The translations under genes and the position numbers were made by a program. The notes beneath the pieces were generated by a model, which saw only the letters and a list, made by a program, of their open reading frames with translations, did no database searches and had not been told where the DNA came from. From Gemmatimonadales bacterium (lineage in GTDB: Bacteria > Gemmatimonadota > Gemmatimonadetes > Gemmatimonadales > GWC2-71-9), in NCBI GenBank assembly GCA_965249575.1, contig OZ252244.1, forward strand, positions 672,001 through 736,000: a stretch of DNA of 64,000 nt. Reading direction: 5' to 3'. Position 1 is the stretch's first letter. The number at the start of each line of letters is the position of its first letter. Below, in pieces: positions 40,750-49,711 of the stretch.

Positions 40750-41555
40750 GGCCCTGGCCGACCGCATTCATTCTCCTCGCGCTCGGGCTGCTCGCAGCTT
40801 GTGAGGCGCCTGGTCCGACTCTCGATCCGATTTTCGTTGACGGACGGGCCGCTGCAACGCGGGGCGACAGCGTACTGGCCATCACGGTGTCTGCGCACCC
40901 CGGGGTCCTGCTGCGGCACCGCCGATCTGGAGTCATCGAAGCCCTCGGGGCTACCGCACTGCGCAGTCCGCTTCACATCCAGAGCGTAGGAGAGGATTGG
41001 TACGTTTCAGATTCGGACGATGGCCGGCCCCTTCTCATCACCTTCGGCCCGAACGGACAGCCCAAGAGCCAGATCGATTTAGATGGAATCGCCTCGGCAC
41101 CACATCAGTTCGCGGTGTTACCGAATCGAAGCATCATCATCGAGGCCCCTGACGGACGTTTGCTGGCTCTACGAGATGATTCGGTCGCCGAGTTCGCGGA
41201 GTCCGGCGCCGTTGGGCAGAAGACGGGACTTCTCGTTGCGACCAGCGGTGGCGCGGCGCATGCCGTCCCCGACGAACACATCACCCTCTACAACGAGTTC
41301 GGAAACATCCGCTGGCGCGTCGACTGGCCATGGGCCAGCACCGCTTTCGTCACGGATTTTTCGGTCGACTTCAACGGGCGCGTTCATCTCATCGCCGGTG
41401 TCCCGCGCGACGGCACCTTCGTGGTATACACGCTGTCCATCGCAACGGGTGAAGTGATCCGGTGGTCGGTACCGGGGCCGCGTGCTACCTTCGTCGTGGA
41501 TTACCTGGGAAACATCAAACCGGACGATCGGGAGACGTGGGTGGGCCAACGATAG
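40746..41555 (+). CDS. Hypothetical lipoprotein (beta-propeller-like)
   Basis: Lipobox LAAC; TTGA overlap with the upstream gene. Confidence 0.75.
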   Translation: MRPWPTAFILLALGLLAACEAPGPTLDPIFVDGRAAATRGDSVLAITVSAHPGVLLRHRRSGVIEALGATALRSPLHIQSVGEDWYVSDSDDGRPLLITFGPNGQPKSQIDLDGIASAPHQFAVLPNRSIIIEAPDGRLLALRDDSVAEFAESGAVGQKTGLLVATSGGAAHAVPDEHITLYNEFGNIRWRVDWPWASTAFVTDFSVDFNGRVHLIAGVPRDGTFVVYTLSIATGEVIRWSVPGPRATFVVDYLGNIKPDDRETWVGQR

Positions 41556-41570
41556 GGTGCGCGGGCTCCT

Positions 41571-42668
41571 TCAGGAACTCAGGCCGGCTTTCTCGGCGAA
41601 ATCCTTGAACAGGCGCTCGTCCTCGGGGGTGAGCCGCTCGGGAATGGTGACCGCCACCTCCACGAACTGATCCCCACGCCGGCCGTTACGCTCGATCCCC
41701 TGCCCCTTGATTCGAAATTTCCGTCCCGGTTGCGTACCAGGAGGGATCCTGAGCACCACCCGTTTACCCGAGAGCGTTCGAACGCGGAGCTTGGTGCCGA
41801 GAAGTGCCTGGGCCAGGTTGATCGGGACCGTGCAGTGCACGTCGAGACCGGCCCGCCTCAGAAAGGCATCGGGCTGAACCTGGAAGACCACGACCAGGTC
41901 GCCTGGAGCCCCCCCTCTCGGCCCGGGCTGACCCTGCCCCTTTAATCGCAGTCTCTGCCCCGAATCGGTTCCAGGCGGCACCGTGACCATCAACCGCCGG
42001 TTCACCGACACCTCGCCTTGACCCGTGCACTTGGGGCACGGCGTGCTGGCCACGCGTCCGCGTCCGCGACAAGCCGGGCACGGCCGAGTCACCGCAAATC
42101 CACCCTGCCCAAAACTCACCGCGCCTCGGCCCTTGCACTCTCCGCAGGGTGTGACGCTGGCGCCAGGAGCGCCGCCGGATCCGCCACAGCTCGGACACGT
42201 ATCGGTCACTGGAACGGTGACGGGAATCTTGCCACCGAGCGCCGCCATGCGGAAAGGAATCTCGATCGACAACTCGACGGGCTCGACCTCTGCCCCACCC
42301 CCGCCACGGCCCCAACCGAAAATGGTCGAAAAGATGTCACCGAGTCCTCCGAAGCCACCGCCAGCATTGAAGTCCTCGAACCGGATTCCGCCGGGGCCCG
42401 TCCCCGGTCCACCCCTACCCCCGGGGCCCGTACCAGCCCCGAATGCCCCGAACTTCCGCATCGCGTCATACCGTTTGCGTTTGTCAGGATCACCCAGGAC
42501 CGTGTGTGCTTCAGAAAGCTCCTTGAATCGCTCCGCCGCAGCCGTGTCGTCTGGGTTGGCGTCGGGATGGTATCGCTTGGCGAGACGACGGTAGGCCTTC
42601 TTGATCTCCTCATCGCCCGCCGCTTCGCCGACACCCAGGACGCGGTAGTAGTCTTTTCCCGCAGCCAT
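41571..42668 (-). CDS. dnaJ: Molecular chaperone DnaJ
   Basis: J-domain with HPD, G/F-rich region, four CxxCxGxG repeats. Confidence 0.97.
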   Translation of the reverse strand: MAAGKDYYRVLGVGEAAGDEEIKKAYRRLAKRYHPDANPDDTAAAERFKELSEAHTVLGDPDKRKRYDAMRKFGAFGAGTGPGGRGGPGTGPGGIRFEDFNAGGGFGGLGDIFSTIFGWGRGGGGAEVEPVELSIEIPFRMAALGGKIPVTVPVTDTCPSCGGSGGAPGASVTPCGECKGRGAVSFGQGGFAVTRPCPACRGRGRVASTPCPKCTGQGEVSVNRRLMVTVPPGTDSGQRLRLKGQGQPGPRGGAPGDLVVVFQVQPDAFLRRAGLDVHCTVPINLAQALLGTKLRVRTLSGKRVVLRIPPGTQPGRKFRIKGQGIERNGRRGDQFVEVAVTIPERLTPEDERLFKDFAEKAGLSS

Positions 42669-42669
42669 G

Positions 42670-43305
42670 CTAGCCTTCGGCTCCCCCAGCCGGATCTGCT
42701 TCGTCCTGCCACATGTGGACTTGCACTCGCGCCGGTCGCAACAGCGCCCCGCCAAACCGATATCCAACTTGGAGGACTGCCGCGACCTGGTGGTCCTGCT
42801 CCTGTCGCTCAGCCGGCAGCGCAGCAACGGCTTCGTGGAGACCGGGATCGAACGGTTCCCCGACCTTACCCACCCGCTCCAATCCGGCGCCTTCGAGCTC
42901 GTGAAGCAGCTTGCGCTCGACCAATTCGACCCCGGTGATGACGTCCGCGGCGCTCGAGCCGTCGGGGTCGAGGGCGGCAACGCGGCCCAAATCATCCAGC
43001 GCATCGAGGATCCCGGAGACCACCTCGGCCTTCGCCAGGCGCTGTGTCTGAGTCCGCTCCCTCGCTGTCCGCTTCCGGAAATTCTCGAACTCGGCTGCCA
43101 CGCGGAGGTACCGGTCGCTTAGCTCGTCCCGTTCAGCGCTCAACCGGTCTACCGCTGCCTCCGGTCGCTCCACAAGCCCGTGCGGCGGTGAGGCCTCCGC
43201 GGTGTTGGGCAACGCATCTGGCGCGCGCTCTCCCGTTGCCTCGTGTTGGTCAGGCTTCACCGCGGGTGACCTCCCCTTTGGACGAGGTGTTGTTCCGTCA
43301 GGCAC
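42670..43305 (-). CDS. grpE: Nucleotide exchange factor GrpE
   Basis: AEFENFRKR, FDPGLHEAV and GY..LLRPARV motifs; GTG start preceded by AAGGGA. Confidence 0.95.
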   Translation of the reverse strand: MPDGTTPRPKGRSPAVKPDQHEATGERAPDALPNTAEASPPHGLVERPEAAVDRLSAERDELSDRYLRVAAEFENFRKRTARERTQTQRLAKAEVVSGILDALDDLGRVAALDPDGSSAADVITGVELVERKLLHELEGAGLERVGKVGEPFDPGLHEAVAALPAERQEQDHQVAAVLQVGYRFGGALLRPARVQVHMWQDEADPAGGAEG

Positions 43306-43430
43306 AATACATCCCTTCAACGGTCGTAGGGCTCGACGTCCAGCTGAACGGCTGGATCGGAGGGCGCGCGGCTCGGCGCGGCCCCGCCCGCGGTTTTCCC
43401 TCAACCAAAACGGACAGCCTTGCACTGGGT

Positions 43431-43446
43431 GGCACGAAATGTACCA
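43431..43446 (-). promoter_or_regulatory. Candidate sigma-54 (-24/-12) promoter for grpE-dnaJ
   Basis: Minus strand TGGTACATTTCGTGCC = GG-N10-GC, close to TGGCAC-N5-TTGC. Confidence 0.3.
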
Positions 43447-43489
43447 GGGCTAGCCGCCGAAACGGCAGGCCTTGGGGACTGCGAGCCGG

Positions 43490-44734
43490 TCAATCCAGCA
43501 GTCGCCGGAGAAGGTCGAAGGCGGCCTGAGCGCTTCGGTGGCGCACGTCGGTGCGGTCACCCGGTAGTGCCAGATGGACGGCCCGTTCTTTCTCGCGTGC
43601 TTTAGCCGCCACCCATACGGTACCGACAGGCTTGTCCGGGCCGCCGCCCGTCGGGCCCGCCACCCCGGTCACCGCGATGCTCGCCTCGGTCCCGAGCTGG
43701 CGCCCCACACCCCTAACCATGGCCAGCACCACGGCTTCGCTCACGGCGCCGTGTTGCGCCAGGGTCGACTCGTTCACTTCCAGAAGACGCTGCTTGGCCT
43801 CGTTCGAGTAAGCCACCGTCCCGCCCACGAACACTGAGGAGGCACCTGGGACGGCGGTCAGTCGTTGGCTGACGAGACCTCCGGTGCAGGACTCAGCGAC
43901 CGACAGGGTGAGACCGCGCGCTTCAAGGTGTTCCAGCACGACGGCGGCGACGTCGGCTTCCCCCTCGCCATAGACGTTGCGACCCAGCGCCGGCCGCAGC
44001 TTCCGTACGGCCTTCTCCAGCTCCCGGTCGGCCTCGTCTGGGGCGAGCCGCCAAACCGTGAGCCGCAAGTCCACCCCCTCGAGAGATGGCAGGTAGGCGA
44101 GTGTAGCGGGAAGGAGCGCGTCCTCGATCTCTCCAACCGCTTCGGCGAGCGCTGACTCAGCGATGCCGGTCGTCCGAAGCACACGGGATCGAATCACCCT
44201 CCGTCTTTCAGTGTCGACGGTCCGCCCCAGGCGGGGGAGCACCTCGTGCTCCAGCAGCCCGCGCATCTCTCGGGGCACGCCAGGGAGCATCACGACGGTA
44301 CCGGGTGCCCCTTCGAGCCACAGCCCCGGAGCGGTTCCCCATCTATTGGGCAGCACCTCGGCGCCGCGCGGAATTTCCGCCTGGGTCCGGTTGATTGCCG
44401 GCATGGGGCCGCGGCCCAGGCGGAAGAAACGGGCTCTTAGTTCTTCGAGATATGCCGTGTCGACTTCGAGTGGGGCGCCGAAGAGGGAGGCGACCACGCG
44501 TTTCGTCATGTCGTCGCGGGTAGGCCCCAGACCGCCCGTCGTGAGGACGAAGCCCGTACGAGCCAGCGCCCCGCGCGCTCCGTCCGCGATAGCGGACTCG
44601 TCATCCGGCACGGTCGTCTTCCTGACAAGGCGCGCCCCGACGGAGGCTAAGGCGCGCGCGATTTCAGCGGAATTGGTGTCGACGGTAAACCCGAGCAAGA
44701 TCTCCGTACCGATTGTCAGTAGCTCAAGGTCCAT
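43490..44734 (-). CDS. cinA: Competence/damage-inducible protein CinA (MoCF domain + NMN deamidase)
   Basis: IGTEILLG..DTN, GGLGPTRDD, AESCTGG and GAVS motifs. Confidence 0.95.
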   Translation of the reverse strand: MDLELLTIGTEILLGFTVDTNSAEIARALASVGARLVRKTTVPDDESAIADGARGALARTGFVLTTGGLGPTRDDMTKRVVASLFGAPLEVDTAYLEELRARFFRLGRGPMPAINRTQAEIPRGAEVLPNRWGTAPGLWLEGAPGTVVMLPGVPREMRGLLEHEVLPRLGRTVDTERRRVIRSRVLRTTGIAESALAEAVGEIEDALLPATLAYLPSLEGVDLRLTVWRLAPDEADRELEKAVRKLRPALGRNVYGEGEADVAAVVLEHLEARGLTLSVAESCTGGLVSQRLTAVPGASSVFVGGTVAYSNEAKQRLLEVNESTLAQHGAVSEAVVLAMVRGVGRQLGTEASIAVTGVAGPTGGGPDKPVGTVWVAAKAREKERAVHLALPGDRTDVRHRSAQAAFDLLRRLLD

Positions 44735-45401
44735 CGCCGGCGCCGGATCCGGAAATCGGGGCCGCCCGGAAGAGCGTGCGATACCGGTACACATAGACCA
44801 CGAGTGAGTAGCACGTGAGGATGACGGCAACTCCGAGGGTGACTGAGACGAGGGTGCCGTGGAAACGCTCCCACAACTGGCCCAACCACCCCCGCTCCCA
44901 CCCGAAGGCAGCTCGCAGGTCCTTCCAGGCAAACCAGGCGATCGTCGCGCCGATGAAGATGTCCTGAACGATCGTCTTGGCTTTTCCGGCTCCTACGGCC
45001 GGGATCACCACCCCACGTCGCTTCGCGACGCGGCGAAGCACCGTCATGGCCAACTCCCGCCCGACCAGCAGTAGGGCCACCCAAAGCGGCAGGTTCCCCC
45101 ACCACGGGATCTCGTATTGCCGCATGGGATAGCGCGTGATCCAGTAGATCGGGATCAGCGTCGCAAACAGCAACAGTTTGTCGGCGAGGGGATCCAGCTC
45201 CTTCCCGAAATCCGTAATCTGATTCCGCTCCCGAGCCAGCCGGCCATCGTAGATGTCGCTAATTGCCGCCACGAGAAAGACTAGGAAGGCGATGAGTTTC
45301 GGAAGGTAGCCGTTGATGAACGGCAGGAGCGCGATGACCGGAGTAAGCGCGATCCGTGCCAATGTGAGGACGTTCGGCAGGGTCCAGATCGCACTATCCA
45401 T
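44724..45401 (-). CDS. pgsA: CDP-diacylglycerol--glycerol-3-phosphate 3-phosphatidyltransferase
   Basis: PNVLT..R and D.YDG.LAR...G...DPLADK CDP-alcohol phosphotransferase motif. Confidence 0.88.
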   Translation of the reverse strand: MDSAIWTLPNVLTLARIALTPVIALLPFINGYLPKLIAFLVFLVAAISDIYDGRLARERNQITDFGKELDPLADKLLLFATLIPIYWITRYPMRQYEIPWWGNLPLWVALLLVGRELAMTVLRRVAKRRGVVIPAVGAGKAKTIVQDIFIGATIAWFAWKDLRAAFGWERGWLGQLWERFHGTLVSVTLGVAVILTCYSLVVYVYRYRTLFRAAPISGSGAGDGP

Positions 45402-46075
45402 TAGCTGAGCGTCTTTAGCACCATCTTCGCAACGGCCTTGAGGGTCTCGAACACTCCTTCACCCGTGACGGCCACCGATTCGAAATACGGAGAGCGTTCG
45501 ATCCACGCTCCGTCGCGTTGTTCCACAAGCAACTCCCCCGAATGCCACGGGTCAGGCGTTTGCTTTTGTTTCGCCGCGTCCTCGACCGGCCAACCTGGGT
45601 TGAGCTGGCCCTGGAGGTCAGCGATGGGTGCGGCGTTGGGGAGGTCGCGCTTGTTGTACTGAATGACGAACGGAATCTTAGTCAGGTCGTAGCCGTACTG
45701 GGCCATGTTATCGTACAGATTCTGCATCGACTCGATGTTGGCTTCCATGCGCTCCAGCTGGCTGTCGGCAACGAACACCACGCCGTCGACGCCCTTGAGA
45801 ATGAGCTTTCGGGACGCATTGTAGTACACCTGACCGGGGACCGTGTACAGGTGGAATCGCGTTTTGAATCCGCGGATCGTTCCCAAATCGACCGGCAGGA
45901 AGTCGAAGAAAAGGGTCCGCTCCGTCTCAGTTGCCAGAGAGACCATCTTCCCACGAGTGTCAGGGTCGACTTTGCCGTACACCAGTTCGAGGTTGGTGGT
46001 TTTGCCTCCGAGGCCCGGCCCGTAGTAGACCAGTTTGCAGTTGATCTCGCGGGAGGCGTAGTTGATCGTCGACAT
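45401..46075 (-). CDS. mglA: Ras-like small GTPase MglA
   Basis: [37 protein letters not shown] and NKRD motifs. Confidence 0.95.
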   Translation of the reverse strand: MSTINYASREINCKLVYYGPGLGGKTTNLELVYGKVDPDTRGKMVSLATETERTLFFDFLPVDLGTIRGFKTRFHLYTVPGQVYYNASRKLILKGVDGVVFVADSQLERMEANIESMQNLYDNMAQYGYDLTKIPFVIQYNKRDLPNAAPIADLQGQLNPGWPVEDAAKQKQTPDPWHSGELLVEQRDGAWIERSPYFESVAVTGEGVFETLKAVAKMVLKTLS

Positions 46076-46093
46076 GAACGGTCGCGCCTCCCG

Positions 46094-46588
46094 CTAGTCG
46101 CCGAAGAGTTTGTCAATCTCGTCCTCGGCGCCTTCGAGGAGACCGGTCTTCTCCTCGAGCGCGCCGTCGCCGGCTGGGCGGCTGAACATGTCTTCGAACA
46201 GCTTCGTCAAATCCAGGACTGCGTGCTTTACCTTGAGCCGCACGAGCCCCACCGTCGTCCGCTCGTCAAACAGGACCACCAAAATCACACGACGGGCCAC
46301 GTCAGCCAGGTACATCGATTCCTTTTCACCCTGATGAAAGAGGGACGCGAACTCCGGTTCGCCGATCATCTTGGCCAGCTGATCGTTCGCGCTAAAATCC
46401 GCTGCCGTGAGAGATGCAAATGCGGTGGGGTCGAAGGAGAGCTGCTCTCCGGCGTTAGCCAGCAACTGTCCCGTCCGATCCACGACCAGGGCGCACCGCG
46501 CCTGGGACTCCTTCAGGAGTATGATCAGGGACTCGGTGATGCGCTTGTGGTCACCTTCTCCGATTGACCACGTGCCCGCACCGCTCAT
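46094..46588 (-). CDS. mglB: Roadblock/LC7 protein MglB
   Basis: LVVDRTGQ, ASLTA, LAKMIGEPEF..LFHQG, GLVRL and C-terminal EIDKLFG motifs. Confidence 0.92.
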   Translation of the reverse strand: MSGAGTWSIGEGDHKRITESLIILLKESQARCALVVDRTGQLLANAGEQLSFDPTAFASLTAADFSANDQLAKMIGEPEFASLFHQGEKESMYLADVARRVILVVLFDERTTVGLVRLKVKHAVLDLTKLFEDMFSRPAGDGALEEKTGLLEGAEDEIDKLFGD

Positions 46589-46600
46589 GGGCGCCTCGCG

Positions 46601-46867
46601 TTATCCAAGTTTCGTTTCCATCCGCCGCACGATCATCTCAGCTCGCCTCTGCAGCATGGGGTTCTGCTCCCACGCCAGATAGTCTCGGAGCAACCGCACC
46701 GCGTCGACACTCGGATTCCCGTTGAGGTAGCCCAGCGCCGACAGCCGTCTCAACGGCCGGCTGCTGAACAAGTCTCGACGGTGACGCCCCATCGAATGCT
46801 GCGCGAGCGCCACCCCCATCGCCGTCCCTACGCCGAGGCCAATCAACAACGGCCTGATCCGCGCCAC
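46601..46867 (-). CDS. Small membrane-anchored hypothetical protein (HEAT-like helix pair)
   Basis: 88 aa with a hydrophobic N-terminus; tightly packed between recR and mglB. Confidence 0.7.
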   Translation of the reverse strand: MARIRPLLIGLGVGTAMGVALAQHSMGRHRRDLFSSRPLRRLSALGYLNGNPSVDAVRLLRDYLAWEQNPMLQRRAEMIVRRMETKLG

Positions 46868-47463
46868 TAGGAATGCATCTCTCGGCGGGCGGCCAGCGCC
46901 TGAGCGATGGTCACCCCATCGGCGTATTCGAGCTCGCCGCCAACGGGCAATCCCAGTGCGATGCGCGTCAACCGGACGGTCGGCCGCTCCAGCACACCGC
47001 GAAGATACGTCGCCGTGACCTCCCCCTCCATCGAAGGGTTGGTCGCGACAATTACCTCGGTGATGCGCGAACCGTTGCCCAGGCGGTCGACGAGGGACCG
47101 AACGCGTAAATCCGCGGGTCCGATACCGTCCAGTGGCGAAAGGTGCCCGCCTAGGACATGATAGGTGCCGCGATACTCGCCCGTTCGTTCGATCGCGCCA
47201 ATGTCGGACGCCTCTTCAACCACACAAATCGTCGCAGGGTCGCGCCGGGGATCCGCGCAAATCTCGCAGGGATCAGTCTCCGTCAGGTTGCCACATACGG
47301 AACACGGCGCGACCCGGTCCGCGACGGCCCGGATCGATGCCGCAAGACGTTCCAGGGCCTCGGGCGCCTGTTTGAGCAGGTGGTATGTCAGGCGCGCGGC
47401 CGTCTTTCTACCGATCCCCGGGAGCCTTTCCAGTTCCGCGCTCAGGTCACCGATAGCTGACAC
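46867..47463 (-). CDS. recR: Recombination protein RecR
   Basis: LPGIGRKTA.RL, C4 Zn finger, YHVLGG and Toprim motifs. Confidence 0.97.
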   Translation of the reverse strand: MSAIGDLSAELERLPGIGRKTAARLTYHLLKQAPEALERLAASIRAVADRVAPCSVCGNLTETDPCEICADPRRDPATICVVEEASDIGAIERTGEYRGTYHVLGGHLSPLDGIGPADLRVRSLVDRLGNGSRITEVIVATNPSMEGEVTATYLRGVLERPTVRLTRIALGLPVGGELEYADGVTIAQALAARREMHS

Positions 47464-47467
47464 TGCT

Positions 47468-47785
47468 CTAGAGTGGTAGCTGAAACGGAAGGGGAAGACC
47501 CCCGGCCGCCTTGTGCAGCTCATCGCGATACATCTGCTCGGCCCGACGCTGCGCATCCGTGATCGCCGCGAGCACGAGGTCTTCGAGCATCTCGACGTCG
47601 GCGTCCGCCACAGCGGCAGGATCGATCCGGAGTGTCCGCAACTGGCCTCGCCCATCGACTGTCGCCTTGACCATCCCCCCCCCCGCGGAGCCTGTAACGG
47701 CACGCTGCGCCAACTCGGTCTGCATCTGGTTGAGCCGGACCTGCATTTGCTGGCCCAGCTGCAGGATTTGCGAGAAATCAGCCAT
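47468..47785 (-). CDS. ybaB: YbaB/EbfC nucleoid-associated protein
   Basis: GSAGGGMV and EMLEDLVLAA motifs; located between dnaX and recR. Confidence 0.95.
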   Translation of the reverse strand: MADFSQILQLGQQMQVRLNQMQTELAQRAVTGSAGGGMVKATVDGRGQLRTLRIDPAAVADADVEMLEDLVLAAITDAQRRAEQMYRDELHKAAGGLPLPFQLPL

Positions 47786-47849
47786 GGCGATCAAGTCCCT
47801 AACTTCGTGACAAACTCCAAGTTACCGTTGCCGCGAAAGGCTCGCAAGC

Positions 47850-49502
47850 TCAATCGAGGAGCTCTAAATCGAGTGCATCGGCCGCGGCGTCCAGGGCTTT
47901 GTCCCGGTCTCGGTACCGGCGCAGCCGCTGGTCCCGATCGGACCGCTGGTCGCGGCGCCGAGGCTCTGTGGCACCCTCATTCGCCGACTCCTCCGGCTGG
48001 AAGATCACTCGCATGGCCTCGCCCACGACTTCGCTGATGGAGTTCTCGACGACCGACCGGCTTTTCTTGAGGCCCTCGACGTGCACCGTCCCGCCTGGCA
48101 CTGAGAGCGTCACATTCCCAGGGGAAACGTCGACAGGTTTCGAGCCTGCGAGGGCCTCTTGCACGACCCGCCGGCGTTGGCCGACCAGCTCGACTACGCG
48201 AGGCCACGCAGCGACGAACTCCGCAAGCGAGGTCGATCCTGGCGTCTTTTTGACCGTTTGGGGGACGGACAGCGGTGGAACGGCCGGCGGAGGCGGCGGG
48301 GGGGGCGGGGGGGGCCGTGGCGATGGCTCCCGACTCGACGTTTCCGGATTATTGGCAGCGGAAGGACGGCCCAATGCGTCGATCACCTCCGCAAGCTCGA
48401 CCGTACGATCCATTAACGTCCACTGGACCAATAGGGCCTCGACATGGAGCCTTGGATGCGGACTCTTCGGGATGAGCAGCTCGACCTCGGCGAGCAGCTT
48501 GAGCATGCGGAGCGCATCGCCAACCGGGAACCGGGCGGCGTGCCGCTCGACCGCCGCCGCCATCACCCCACCCAGGTCATCTACCCCGACGCCGAGGTTC
48601 TGGCGCATCAACGATCGGAGCACGTCGCCGGCACCCGAGAGGAATTCAGCGAGGTCCGCGCCGGACTCAGCGAGTTGTTCCACGAACCGAAAGACCCTCG
48701 CCGAGTCCCGCGCCGCGACGAGGTCGAGCATGTCCGCGTACGCCTCTTCCCCGATCAGGCCGAGGCCGTCCCGAACGCTTGAGACGGTCACCTCTCCCTC
48801 CCCGAAGACGAGCGCCTGGTCCAACAGCGAGAGCGCGTCGCGCATCCCCCCGGCCGCCACCCTGGCAATGAGTGCTACCGCTCCGTCCTCAATCGCGATC
48901 TCCTCCCGCTGCGCCACGTAGCGCATCCGCTCGGCGATCGCTTGCGACCCGATGCGACGGAAGTCGAATCGCTGGACGCGGCTCAGAACCGGAGCCGCCG
49001 TGTTGGCGATCTTTTGTGGGTCGGTCGTCGCAAACACGAACACGACACGAGGAGGGGGTTCTTCGAGGATCTTCAGCAGCGCGTTCCAGGCCTCCCGGGT
49101 CAACATGTGGGCCTCGTCCACGATGTAGACCTTGTGACGATCTGGTCCGCTCGCAGCGTACATCGCGCGCTCCCGGAGATCACGCGCGTCGTCCACTCCC
49201 CGGTTGCTGGCGGCGTCGATCTCGACAACGTCCAGGTTGGCTCCGCCCGACCAGATGCGCTGGCAGGACTCACACTCTCCGCACGGCTCGCCTGTATCGG
49301 TGCGCTCCGCGCAATTGAGGACCATGGCGAGAATGCGGGCCGCACTCGTCTTTCCGACACCGCGGGGTCCGGTGAGGAGATAGGCGTGGGCTACCCGGTT
49401 CCTCGCAACAGCCCCTGCAAGCCCCGCAGCTATGTGTTCCTGGCCCACGAGATCGGCGAATCGTGTTGGGCGGTATTTTCGGGCGAGAGCAGTATGAGTC
49501 AT
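47850..49502 (-). CDS. dnaX: DNA polymerase III subunit gamma/tau
   Basis: ALARKYRP, GPRGVGKT, EIDAASN, DEAHML and GGMRDALS motifs. Confidence 0.97.
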   Translation of the reverse strand: MTHTALARKYRPTRFADLVGQEHIAAGLAGAVARNRVAHAYLLTGPRGVGKTSAARILAMVLNCAERTDTGEPCGECESCQRIWSGGANLDVVEIDAASNRGVDDARDLRERAMYAASGPDRHKVYIVDEAHMLTREAWNALLKILEEPPPRVVFVFATTDPQKIANTAAPVLSRVQRFDFRRIGSQAIAERMRYVAQREEIAIEDGAVALIARVAAGGMRDALSLLDQALVFGEGEVTVSSVRDGLGLIGEEAYADMLDLVAARDSARVFRFVEQLAESGADLAEFLSGAGDVLRSLMRQNLGVGVDDLGGVMAAAVERHAARFPVGDALRMLKLLAEVELLIPKSPHPRLHVEALLVQWTLMDRTVELAEVIDALGRPSAANNPETSSREPSPRPPPPPPPPPPAVPPLSVPQTVKKTPGSTSLAEFVAAWPRVVELVGQRRRVVQEALAGSKPVDVSPGNVTLSVPGGTVHVEGLKKSRSVVENSISEVVGEAMRVIFQPEESANEGATEPRRRDQRSDRDQRLRRYRDRDKALDAAADALDLELLD

Positions 49503-49517
49503 CGATGGCCCTGAGGT

Positions 49518-49614
49518 GCCCCAGGCGACCCGAAGCGACACGCATCATCGCTTAGCGCTGCTACCTGCGCGGTTCTGACGCGGTTCACGCGCACGCGCCC
49601 TCCGGACCTGGGGC
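49518..49614 (-). ncRNA. ffs: Signal recognition particle RNA (small bacterial 4.5S type)
   Basis: Terminal stem GCCCCAGG/CCTGGGGC; core GTGAACCGCGTCAGAACC-GCGCA-GGTAGCAGCGCTAAGCG; lies directly upstream of dnaX. Confidence 0.85.
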
Positions 49615-49711
49615 GAGAGTAAGGTACCTACTTCGATAGGTGCCAACCACCCCGCCGATACCTGGCCGGCGGGCGGCACTGCGAGCATCCCAGTGCACCG
49701 CTGTCGCCGCG

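Noticed and set aside
43306..43489. CIRCE element upstream of grpE
   Set aside because: TTGCACT is present, but there is no TTAGCACTC-N9-GAGTGCTAA inverted repeat.
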